Assembly (NCBI GenBank): GCA_026625185.1
Contig: CP113000.1
Span: 1,545,622-1,577,621, forward strand
DNA length: 32,000 nt
Direction of reading: 5' to 3'
Source: Thermodesulfobacteriota bacterium
GTDB lineage: Bacteria > Desulfobacterota > WTBG01 > JAGOGO01
The notes below the pieces were generated by a model. That model was not told where the DNA came from, did no database searches, and worked only from the letters and a program-made list of their open reading frames with translations. The translations under genes were made by a program, and so were the position numbers. Below are positions 7,183 through 15,348 of the stretch, in pieces; within the stretch, counting starts at the first letter, position 1; every line of letters begins with the position of its first letter.

Positions 7183-8208
7183 CTAAAAAAAGGCCTTCAT
7201 TTCTTGACAGACATCCTCAGGTTTAATGATGGAGAGAGATTCGTCATGCAATAGTCCCGTGAAATTAATATCGCTGGTATTCATCGGCGGAATAACAAAA
7301 CGAGGAGTTAACCGAGCATGGGTCCAAAAATAATCTTTTTCTTTTAATCCGGAAAAAATGGTCAGATTAAAGCTCATCAGGTTATTTTTGGCTAAGTAAA
7401 GAAAAATTTTTTGAAGCCCCCGGGCGAACTCTTGAAACCCGGCCGGAGGAATCTCTAACAGGGAAAGTTCATTAACAAAAACACCCATGACATCAAACAT
7501 CATCCCTTTGGGCGCAAAATAAAGAAGCCAACAAATATTTCCGGTTTCACCCAAAAACCTTTGTTCGAGCCTTTTTTCCTCCTTAATCAAATCGTTCCAA
7601 TAATTGACTTTAAATTTTTTCCAAAACCGCTTTCCCCGTTTTAAGATCAGGTCATGATAATCCGAAGGATCCCGGTCCGCCATAAGATGAAGGTGAGGAT
7701 GGATCAAGCTTGCCCCGGAAGGGGGCATATAGTTCCAGTTAATAGAAAAGTATTTGTTTTTAATATTTTTTTTATAAACTCTTTTAAAAAAACTCTGGGC
7801 TGCCAGGAATCCATTTGCTAATGTTTCTTCAGAAAAATGCGCAAGCCCAACAAAATGGTCTTTGGAAAAAACTGTCACGGCATTATTCTGTCCGTACGGC
7901 ATAAAATTGGGAAACACTACTGCCTCTTCGAATTTTATCCTTCCTTCCGGGATAAAAGGGGGAAAAAATTTGGGGGTCATGTTTTCCACGTTTGCTTCGC
8001 AAAAGGGACACGGATACTCAAGGGACTTCTCTACCGTTTTTTCAATATCAGGCGGCACCGGCACCTTGAACTTAAGGCTCATTATTCGCGCTCTTCTTCG
8101 GGTAAGCGGGTCAAACCGGAACTCAAAATTCAAGCGCTTTTCATTAAAACCCTGGGTGTGGTCGAGAATCTTTATTTCCCTTAAAGATTTTTTAAAACGA
8201 ACCGCCAT
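7183..8208 (-). CDS. GalT-like / HIT-superfamily nucleotidyltransferase-family protein
   Basis: 341 aa. It has the GalT-type zinc knuckle YPCPFCEANVE near the N-terminus and a histidine-triad-like SGASLIHPHLHLMA in the middle. Confidence 0.55.
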   Translation of the reverse strand: MAVRFKKSLREIKILDHTQGFNEKRLNFEFRFDPLTRRRARIMSLKFKVPVPPDIEKTVEKSLEYPCPFCEANVENMTPKFFPPFIPEGRIKFEEAVVFPNFMPYGQNNAVTVFSKDHFVGLAHFSEETLANGFLAAQSFFKRVYKKNIKNKYFSINWNYMPPSGASLIHPHLHLMADRDPSDYHDLILKRGKRFWKKFKVNYWNDLIKEEKRLEQRFLGETGNICWLLYFAPKGMMFDVMGVFVNELSLLEIPPAGFQEFARGLQKIFLYLAKNNLMSFNLTIFSGLKEKDYFWTHARLTPRFVIPPMNTSDINFTGLLHDESLSIIKPEDVCQEMKAFF

Positions 8209-8506
8209 AATTTCCTCTTGTAAGTTACTTCGTTATCCCTTAAAAAAACCCTGCATGCCCTGTTAAATATCAAATAGTTAGGTGAAGAAGCCCGGGGCAA
8301 AATTAAAGATTCTTACACTTTGCCCACCGGTTAAATGCGCCGTGGGAAGGCCTTCTAAGGGGGTTACCATCAAAAGGTTTTCAGTATATAGAAATTTATT
8401 CTTTTTGCAAGGCCAATTTCGGCTTCCGGTAGTATGCAATAAACTGACCCGCCGCAAGCGGACGAGTTGTTAAAAAAAAGAATAAAAACCTTGGAGACAA
8501 TTAACA

Positions 8507-10582
8507 TTATGGCCGCCACTCTTTGAAGAACTCCACCAATCCCCGATAAACGCACCGGGCTTCTTTCTCTATAGTCTGAGCAGCTATTTTTTTCTCATTA
8601 CCTGAATGCTTTTCCCGGATGTTGATTAATAGTGATGGTGAGCTGGGGTGAATGATGGTGAAATCCAGGCCTTCCTGGACTTTCACATTCTTAAATTTCA
8701 ACTCCCTTTTCATGGCGTTGGCGATTGCTTGAGCAAGCTTTTTACCGGGCTGGCTTAAGAAGTAATGAGCCGCGTAAGAAGTGCCCTTTCGATGGGTTAT
8801 GGTGATAAAGTATCCTCCCCCAAGCTTTTCCCCGGCAATCACTCGATCTCCCGGAGTTGGATGCTCGTGCAGGGAGTTTCTGGTGAGCGTGGTGATAGCG
8901 CCTGCTTCTTCGAGCAGTTCCTGTAATTTTTGAGCAACCAAAAGATTCGCTTCTTCGTAATCAGCTGTAAGTCCGAATATTTTTTCAGTCTTTTCATCCC
9001 ATGGCTCAGGGTCGAGAATAATTTTTTCCCCTAAAAGAAAACCATCTTCCTTAGGTGTGAGAATAAAAGTTTCCTTTTTAAAAACACCTTTTGTAAAAGC
9101 GATGGCGCGTTCCTGAGTTTCATAACCGGGCTTACTTAACGTGATCAAGCTTTCTCTTGCTTCATGGGTTTTAATAAATACCAATCCTTCTTCATTAGAT
9201 ACCCCGAGAAGGGTACCTCCCTCTCGCATGGTAACCATGTCCAACGGTTTCCGGTTAATATCATTAACGGTTATGCACAGCAGAGCATCATTTATTGGTC
9301 CACACTTAATGATGGTTTTTCCGCTTATCGCTTCACAGCGTGCCTCGATTAGCGCTTCCGCTGGCCTCCGGGGGGAAACAAAATATGCGATTACTCGGCC
9401 GTTTACCGTATTAAATACTCGCCCTTCAAGTTTTCCGGTAAAGGTCTTAAGTTTAACCACCGTGTCATTAATGACCGGGTTATCATAGCGATCTAGAACC
9501 TCAACCCGGATACTGGTAGAACTTTTTCCATCCGCCGGAAGAGATGAAAAAGCAGAAGAGACCATAACCTTGGCAGCCGGCAGGGAGGTGCAAAAGTGAA
9601 CGGGGTTTATCCATGAGGCATTTCCATTGAGGTTGCGCGCCTGGGCAGAGAAGGTGTGCCATCCATTTTTAAGAGGTTTATCGGGATAATAGGTGATGAT
9701 TTCGTTTTTGGGATCGAAGGAAGAAGGAACGAGTACCCCATCAAGATACAGGTGAGGTGTTTTCGGATCAATCGCCTTACCCTCTTTTCCTCCAACGATC
9801 TTGGCTCTGATTTGGGGAAAAGCATTATGAAGACTAACATTATTTGGTTGATAGTCACTCAGCTCTGGAATACCTTTTTGAAAATAGGCGAGGATTCCTA
9901 AAAAATAGTCTTCGGCTTCCCGCCTCAGCTGGTTCGCAAGAGTAAGGCGCTTTTCGTTTTCTTTATTGGAGATAAAGGAGGCTTCCCCCAAAATCGCTAA
10001 CGCCTGCGTGTTTCTCAGTACCCGGTAATTACCGGGGAATACAGATACCTCAGCTAAGGACTGCCCCTTTTTTAGTTCCTGGGCCACACAGTTGGCCAGG
10101 TCCTTGGAAGCCCCGGGATCCATCAGCTTATAATATATCTGGGTCTCATTTTTTTTCCGGTCATAGGTATTGGAATTGTGGTGGATGCTGATAAAAAGAT
10201 CAGCCTTAAAATTATTACTTAACCGGGCGCGGGCCATTAAATCGTCACCTAAAGCGGCGCTTCCAGGGGGGCAAAGATCAACATCCGCACTCCTGGTCAT
10301 TATGGCTTCAGCCCCCGCTTGTTTGAGAAACCCCCAAAGATGAAGTCCTACCGCTAAGTTAATATCTGATTCGCGAAGCCCTTGCATTCCAACGGCTCCA
10401 ATAAACCTTCCTCCGTGTCCTGGATCAATAACAATCCGGCGGCCTTTAATAGGAGAAAAATCGCGGGCCTCCATTTTTACCCGAAAAGCAGGAGTATTAG
10501 AGGGGATAGGAGCGCAACTTATCAGGATCATAAGAAGACTGATAAGGACAAAAACAGGGAGTTGAACTCGAAATTTAAACAT
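8507..10582 (-). CDS. N-acetylmuramoyl-L-alanine amidase (Amidase_3) lipoprotein with central Ig-like region and a second, degenerate amidase-like domain
   Basis: 691 aa. The lipobox is LMILISC. The N-terminal domain has IVIDPGHGG, LRESDINLAVGL and DLFISIHHNS. The middle carries Big-like SSTSIRVEVLDRYDNPVINDTVVKL. The C-terminal domain parallels the first (IILDPEPWDE, EEANLLVAQKLQELLEEAGA, YFITITH). Confidence 0.85.
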   Translation of the reverse strand: MFKFRVQLPVFVLISLLMILISCAPIPSNTPAFRVKMEARDFSPIKGRRIVIDPGHGGRFIGAVGMQGLRESDINLAVGLHLWGFLKQAGAEAIMTRSADVDLCPPGSAALGDDLMARARLSNNFKADLFISIHHNSNTYDRKKNETQIYYKLMDPGASKDLANCVAQELKKGQSLAEVSVFPGNYRVLRNTQALAILGEASFISNKENEKRLTLANQLRREAEDYFLGILAYFQKGIPELSDYQPNNVSLHNAFPQIRAKIVGGKEGKAIDPKTPHLYLDGVLVPSSFDPKNEIITYYPDKPLKNGWHTFSAQARNLNGNASWINPVHFCTSLPAAKVMVSSAFSSLPADGKSSTSIRVEVLDRYDNPVINDTVVKLKTFTGKLEGRVFNTVNGRVIAYFVSPRRPAEALIEARCEAISGKTIIKCGPINDALLCITVNDINRKPLDMVTMREGGTLLGVSNEEGLVFIKTHEARESLITLSKPGYETQERAIAFTKGVFKKETFILTPKEDGFLLGEKIILDPEPWDEKTEKIFGLTADYEEANLLVAQKLQELLEEAGAITTLTRNSLHEHPTPGDRVIAGEKLGGGYFITITHRKGTSYAAHYFLSQPGKKLAQAIANAMKRELKFKNVKVQEGLDFTIIHPSSPSLLINIREKHSGNEKKIAAQTIEKEARCVYRGLVEFFKEWRP

Positions 10583-10736
10583 AATAATTCATTGAAAATA
10601 GATATACATTATAAGAAAATTATTTTTACACTAAGGGGAAAAATTAGAAATGTCAATGGGTTTGCGAACTACAGGAGAACATGCGATAATTACCATAAAA
10701 ATTACTTCAAATGATTAAAGCAGCTTGAGGGCGCGT

Positions 10737-11060
10737 ATGAAAAAGGAATCTTATGTAATGGTAATAATCGCCGCCAGTACCCAGGAAGAAGCGGAAAAAA
10801 TCGGCATGACTTTGGTGAAAGAAAAACTGGCTGCTTCCGCCAATATCATCCCATTAATAAAGTCTTTCTTTTTCTGGAAGGGGAAATTCCATAATATTCT
10901 TGAATCAATTGTCTTACTTAATACCAGAGGTGATCTCTTTGAGAAGCTCAAAGAACGTGTGCATGAACTCCATAGTTACGAGCTGCCGGAAGTCATTGCC
11001 CTTCCTGTTCTTGCCGGCTCTCCAGAGTTCCTTGACTGGATAAAAGAAAATACCCAATAA
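10737..11060 (+). CDS. cutA: Divalent-cation tolerance protein CutA
   Basis: CutA1 pattern: AASANIIPLIKSFFFWKGK...ELHSYELPEVIALPVLAGSPEFLDWI. The ATG at 10737 is preferred over the TTG at 10725 used in the track. The stop TAA (11058..11060) abuts repeat copy B. Confidence 0.85.
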   Translation: MKKESYVMVIIAASTQEEAEKIGMTLVKEKLAASANIIPLIKSFFFWKGKFHNILESIVLLNTRGDLFEKLKERVHELHSYELPEVIALPVLAGSPEFLDWIKENTQ

Positions 11061-11212
11061 TACCAAGGCACCTTCATTTGCATATCTTTGTTGTCTCCTC
11101 GTCATACTCTTCCCCTCACCCACCCCTCACCCCACTGGGGAGAGGGATAGGGTGAGGGGGCCTGCGTCGATGCCTCGTCGCCGCCTCAATCTGCTTTTGA
11201 ATGCAACTTGGA
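11060..11212 (+). repeat. MITE-like element, copy B (full length)
   Basis: The termini ATACCAAGGCACCTTCATTTGCAT... and ...CTGCTTTTGAATGCAACTTGGA are imperfect inverted repeats. The central GC-rich hairpin is CCCCTCACCC-a-CCCCTCACCCC-actg-GGGGAGAGGG-ata-GGGTGAGGGG. The gapless alignment to the reverse complement of copy C has 16 mismatches over 154 nt by hand count. Confidence 0.85.
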
Positions 11213-11275
11213 ATAAATTATTTGCCTATTAAAAATCGGGGGACCGCTGATTTTCGGAAGGTGAAAAAGTTCGTT

Positions 11276-11824
11276 TTAAGCGGCCGAGGAAGCTGAACGC
11301 ACGGAAGAAGCCCAATTGTACAACGAGCTTACTTTATTGAATATTTCACTTTTTGTGATGTTTAAAACCTTTTGGGTAAGATGATTAACTTTTTCTTCCT
11401 CTTTTTGTAACGATTCTTGGTCACAGTCAAAAGGATGGAGGTTTTGGCAGAACCGGGCGACATGGACCAGTTCATGGGTCAGGATGTAAACCATGAAAGG
11501 ATAAAATTCCATGTTTGATTGCTTCCACAATGTTTGGAGAATATTTTTGTCAAATAAACAGATCTGGTAACGCTCTTTAGGGAAGAGGGAGAGATTGTCT
11601 CTAATCGGGGTGTATTGCCTTACCTCGGCAAAAGCTTTTTTGGGTGAACAATTAATCCCTCCTTCTAACTCAGTTTTTAAGTCATAACAATGATTAAACC
11701 ATTCCCGGGGAGAAAAACAATAAAATTTCTGAAGGTAATCTGCGGCTTCGTCCAACGCAGAATAGATAATCTTTTTTTCGATGGGGTTAAAATAGGGAAA
11801 GGAAATCTCTCTTTTTAAAACCAT
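11276..11824 (-). CDS. Hypothetical protein with HExxH motif (possible small metallopeptidase)
   Basis: 182-aa ORF. Its only recognisable feature is ILTHELVHVARF (HExxH), preceded by a hydrophobic stretch. Confidence 0.5.
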   Translation of the reverse strand: MVLKREISFPYFNPIEKKIIYSALDEAADYLQKFYCFSPREWFNHCYDLKTELEGGINCSPKKAFAEVRQYTPIRDNLSLFPKERYQICLFDKNILQTLWKQSNMEFYPFMVYILTHELVHVARFCQNLHPFDCDQESLQKEEEKVNHLTQKVLNITKSEIFNKVSSLYNWASSVRSASSAA

Positions 11825-11862
11825 ACTTATTTAACCTTATGGATTCTTTTAAGTATTTAATT

Positions 11863-11957
11863 CCTGCCCTGTTTCGGGGTAGGGGGCAGTAATCCAGAAC
11901 CAATCGAAATTACTTGATTCCCGCCTTCGCGGGAGTGACAGATTGGGAATTATTAGG
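11863..11957 (+). repeat. Hairpin repeat family 2, copy 1
   Basis: The 63-nt core 11894..11956 (ccagaaccaatcgaaattacttgattcccgccttcgcgggagtgacagattgggaattattag) matches 26682..26744 with 8 mismatches by hand count. It contains the hairpin TCCCGC-cttc-GCGGGA. The upstream ctgccctg...cgggg module is also shared. Confidence 0.8.
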
Positions 11958-12248
11958 GGTACCCTTATCTTTTGTTGCACCCTCTGTGGTTCCCACGCTG
12001 GTCGTTTCCGTCTTTTTTGGCTCGCTTTTGCCGGATCCTTCAGAAGAGTCATTGGGGATATTTTTTTTTGCATAATCAGTGAGATACCAGCCCGAGCCCT
12101 TTAGATGAAAAGAACCGAGGGACATAAGCTTTTCTAAAGTTCCAATGGTTCCACACGCTTTACAATCAGTCATGGGTGAATCGGAAAATTTTTGGATGTA
12201 TTCAGAATGTTCACCACATTTTTTGCATTTGTATTCATAGATCGGCAT
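11910..12248 (-). CDS. FmdB-family (CxxC_CxxC_SSSS) zinc-ribbon protein
   Basis: MPIYEYKCKKCGEHSEYIQKFSDSPMTDCKACG is the hallmark N-terminus of this family. The low-complexity tail ends ...NNSQSVTPAKAGIK*, which is encoded by repeat family 2. Confidence 0.8.
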   Translation of the reverse strand: MPIYEYKCKKCGEHSEYIQKFSDSPMTDCKACGTIGTLEKLMSLGSFHLKGSGWYLTDYAKKNIPNDSSEGSGKSEPKKTETTSVGTTEGATKDKGTPNNSQSVTPAKAGIK

Positions 12249-12439
12249 TTTTTGAAACCTCCCAAGATTTTTTCAGTTTCTATCTTCGCTTCGAAAATTA
12301 ATTTAAATAATAACAATTTAAAAAATTTTGTCAAGCGGACGCAAAAATCGCTAGCTAAGCAGCGAGGCTGAAAATTTATGTCCTTGACTTTAACCAATGG
12401 CTTTGCAATATTTCTTAAAAAATTTACAAAAGAGGCAAG

Positions 12440-14164
12440 ATGAATTATACGCAGACACGCTGGACCATACTCCCGGAAAAACCGCTTCTTCAGTCCTTGC
12501 TCCAAAAGGAACTTAAGCTCTCTCCTTTACTTTCTCAACTTCTTATCAACCGCGAGATTACTCAGCCGGATTCGGCAAAAAAATTCCTTTCTTCTTCCCT
12601 TAATGACTTGACCCCTCCCTTTTTGATGAAAGATCTGAAAAAGGCGGCCCGCCGAATCATTGAGGCAATTTATCAAAAAAAGAAAATATTTGTTTTTGGC
12701 GATTATGATGTTGATGGCATCACCGGAACCGCCATCTTAAAGCTTTTTTTAGATTCAGTCGGCGCGCCTGTTTCTTTTTATATTCCGGAGCGACTGCAGG
12801 AAGGTTATGGGCTTAATATTTCGGCTTTGGGAAAAATCCGGGCTTTAGGCGCCTCCTTGGTGGTCACTGTTGATTGCGGCATTTCTGATTACGACCAAGT
12901 GCTGTTTGCGCGCGACCAGGGATTGGACGTAATTATTACCGACCACCATGAAGTTCCGGAAAAAATTCCACCGGCCTATGCAGTCATAAACCCCAAACAA
13001 GAAGGATGCGGCTTTCCCTTTAAACACCTTGCAGGAGTAGGCGTTGCTTTTTATCTCATCATTGCCCTGCGAAAATTATTGCGGGAAGAAGGATTCTGGT
13101 CTCAGGGAAGTCCTCCGAATTTGAGAGAATATCTTGATCTGGTTACGCTGGGGACCGTGGCGGATATTGTTCCGCTGATAGAAGAAAACCGCATTTTCGT
13201 GAAACAGGGACTGGAGGTCATAGAAACGACTTCTCGGGTAGGGCTTCAGGCCTTGAAAAAAATAAGCGGAGTTGAAAATATACCGGTCAGTCCGGATTTG
13301 ATTTCTTATCGCCTCGCTCCCCGGATAAATGTTTGCGGTCGTTTGGGACAAGCGGGTAAAGGCGTAACTTTATTAACCACCTCAGATCAGGTCGAGGCTG
13401 AAAAAATAGTCAAGGAATTAGATGAGGAAAATGGGAAGCGTCAGCAAATTGAAAGCGCTATTTTTAAAGATGCCTGCGGGATGATCGAGGAACTTGGGCA
13501 ATGGCAGAATCAAAAAGTTTTTGTGTTCGGCTCTTCGGACTGGCATCCGGGGGTTGTTGGGATCGGAGCCTCCCGGGTTGTCGAGCGCTATTATCGGCCA
13601 ACGATCCTGATTGCTCTTGACGAAAATTTCGGCCACGGCTCCGCCCGAAGCATTGAGGCGTTTCATATTTACGATGGCTTGAAGGAGTGCCGGGACCTGT
13701 TAGAAAGATTTGGCGGGCATGAATTTGCCGCGGGTCTCACGATCGCGAAAGATAATATTAACGAACTGAGAGAAAGGCTTAACGCTCTGGTTGAAAAATC
13801 CCTCGGGCCGGAGGACTTTGTTCCAAAGTTATATATTGATGCTCAGGTTGACCTGGCGAAGATCAAAGAAGACCTGGTTCACGAAATCCAAACCCTGGCT
13901 CCCTATGGCGCGGATAATCCGGAACCTCGTTTTGTCTCGGATGTGCTTTCTGCCAACTATCCCCAGATTGTCGGCAATGGCCACTTGAAACTGCGTCTGA
14001 GGAATCACTTTGCGGATATTGGCGCGATTGGGTTTGGACTGGGAAGTCTAATGCCCGAGCCTGAGGCGCAGGTGCGCGTGGTGTTTATCCCGGAAATCAA
14101 CCATTGGCAGGGAACCAAAAACCTGCGGATTAAAATGAAAGCTATAGAGGTCGTCGATCAATAA
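12440..14164 (+). CDS. recJ: Single-stranded-DNA-specific exonuclease RecJ
   Basis: 574 aa. The DHH motifs are FGDYDVDGITG, VTVDCG and IITDHH. The DHHA1 motif is GGHEFAAG. Confidence 0.92.
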   Translation: MNYTQTRWTILPEKPLLQSLLQKELKLSPLLSQLLINREITQPDSAKKFLSSSLNDLTPPFLMKDLKKAARRIIEAIYQKKKIFVFGDYDVDGITGTAILKLFLDSVGAPVSFYIPERLQEGYGLNISALGKIRALGASLVVTVDCGISDYDQVLFARDQGLDVIITDHHEVPEKIPPAYAVINPKQEGCGFPFKHLAGVGVAFYLIIALRKLLREEGFWSQGSPPNLREYLDLVTLGTVADIVPLIEENRIFVKQGLEVIETTSRVGLQALKKISGVENIPVSPDLISYRLAPRINVCGRLGQAGKGVTLLTTSDQVEAEKIVKELDEENGKRQQIESAIFKDACGMIEELGQWQNQKVFVFGSSDWHPGVVGIGASRVVERYYRPTILIALDENFGHGSARSIEAFHIYDGLKECRDLLERFGGHEFAAGLTIAKDNINELRERLNALVEKSLGPEDFVPKLYIDAQVDLAKIKEDLVHEIQTLAPYGADNPEPRFVSDVLSANYPQIVGNGHLKLRLRNHFADIGAIGFGLGSLMPEPEAQVRVVFIPEINHWQGTKNLRIKMKAIEVVDQ

Positions 14165-14182
14165 TTATGACGGCTTCATCAA

Positions 14183-15304
14183 TTATGACTTTCTTAATGC
14201 CTCTTCCACCGGCGTATAGTCCATCCCAAACGCCTCGGCAACATTAGGGTAAGTAATTTTCCCGAGAACAATGTTTGCCCCTTTGCTGACGGCAGGATTT
14301 TCTAAGATTGCTCTTTTGTATCCTTTGTCGGCGATTTCTACCACATAAGGGAGGGTGGCATTAGTCAGAGCAATCGTCGAGGTCACTGGCATAGCGCCCG
14401 GCATGTTGGCAACACAATAGTGGATGACACCGTCGACTTCATAAATTGGGTCTTCGTGAGTGGTGGGGCATGATGTTTCTAAGGAACCTCCCTGGTCAAT
14501 CGCCACATCAACCACCACCGCGCCTTTTTTCATCGAACTGAGCACGTCTCGGGTTATAAGTTTGGGGGCTTTGCCGCCATGGATCAGGACACAGCTGATA
14601 AGGACATCAGCCTTATTGAGAAGTTCGCGGATATTATGGCTATTGGCCATGAGCATGATCACATTAGGGGGCATAATGTCGCTTAAATATCGTAACCGTT
14701 CAAGGTTAATATCCAGAAGATAAACTTTGGCTCCCAGACCGGAAGCCATTTTTGCCGCATGAGTCCCCACAACGCCTCCGCCAAGAATCACCACGGTTGC
14801 CGGCTCAACCCCAGGCACGCCCCCCAGTAAAACCCCCCGTCCTCCGTGTTCTCGTTCCAAATACTTGGCCGCCTGCTGAACCGCCATGCGCCCGGCTATC
14901 TCACTCATGGGTGTTAGGAGAGGCAAATGGCCATCCGGAGTTTCGATGGTTTCATAAGCGATAGCGATACAGTTGGCGCGGATAATTGCCCGGGTTAATT
15001 CTTCTGAAGCGGCAAAATGAAAATAGGTAAAAATGATTTGTCCTTCCCGCAAAAAAGGATGCTCTTGGGGAAGAGGCTCCTTCACTTTTATAATCAGGTC
15101 CGCTTGCCGGTAGACTTCTTGGGCGATTGATACTACGGTTGCGCCCGCAGAGATATACTGGTCATCGGAAAAACCGCTTGCAGAACCCGCCTGGGTTTCG
15201 ATCAAAACCTGATGCCCATGCTCGATCAGAAGTTCCGCGCCTACGGGCAATAAAGCAACCCGACTTTCGTCAATCTTAATCTCTTTTAACACCCCAATAA
15301 TCAT
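14183..15304 (-). CDS. ald: Alanine dehydrogenase
   Basis: 373 aa. The N-terminus MIIGVLKEIKIDESRVALLP is typical of the family. The NAD-binding loop is ILGGGVVGTHAA. Length matches the family. Confidence 0.9.
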   Translation of the reverse strand: MIIGVLKEIKIDESRVALLPVGAELLIEHGHQVLIETQAGSASGFSDDQYISAGATVVSIAQEVYRQADLIIKVKEPLPQEHPFLREGQIIFTYFHFAASEELTRAIIRANCIAIAYETIETPDGHLPLLTPMSEIAGRMAVQQAAKYLEREHGGRGVLLGGVPGVEPATVVILGGGVVGTHAAKMASGLGAKVYLLDINLERLRYLSDIMPPNVIMLMANSHNIRELLNKADVLISCVLIHGGKAPKLITRDVLSSMKKGAVVVDVAIDQGGSLETSCPTTHEDPIYEVDGVIHYCVANMPGAMPVTSTIALTNATLPYVVEIADKGYKRAILENPAVSKGANIVLGKITYPNVAEAFGMDYTPVEEALRKS

Positions 15305-15348
15305 GAGTGCCTCACTTTTTGGGTATTGGTTTTAGAAGTAGAGAATTT

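Noticed and set aside
7837-8266. Two plus-strand ORFs (115 and 134 aa)
   Set aside because: Both are antisense to the GalT-like gene and have no motifs.
8400-8470. Possible SRP (4.5S) RNA, because of GTCAG...CCGGAAG on the minus strand
   Set aside because: The conserved domain IV sequence (AGGTCAGGTCCGGAAGGAAGCAGC) is not matched beyond these few bases, and no symmetric helix is evident.
10914-11123. 69-aa minus-strand ORF. It shares GEGKSMTRR(K/Q)QRYAN with the 72-aa ORF at 688..906, which could look like a conserved small protein family.
   Set aside because: The shared peptide is simply the translation of the repeat element in both places. The rest of the ORF is antisense to cutA.
11849-12073. 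74-aa minus-strand ORF overlapping the FmdB tail
   Set aside because: It is an alternative frame of the FmdB gene and repeat family 2. The FmdB frame has the diagnostic zinc-ribbon N-terminus.
12170-12505. 111-aa minus-strand ORF across the fmdB/recJ divergent region
   Set aside because: It overlaps the 5' ends of both well-supported genes and the promoter region. It has no motif support.
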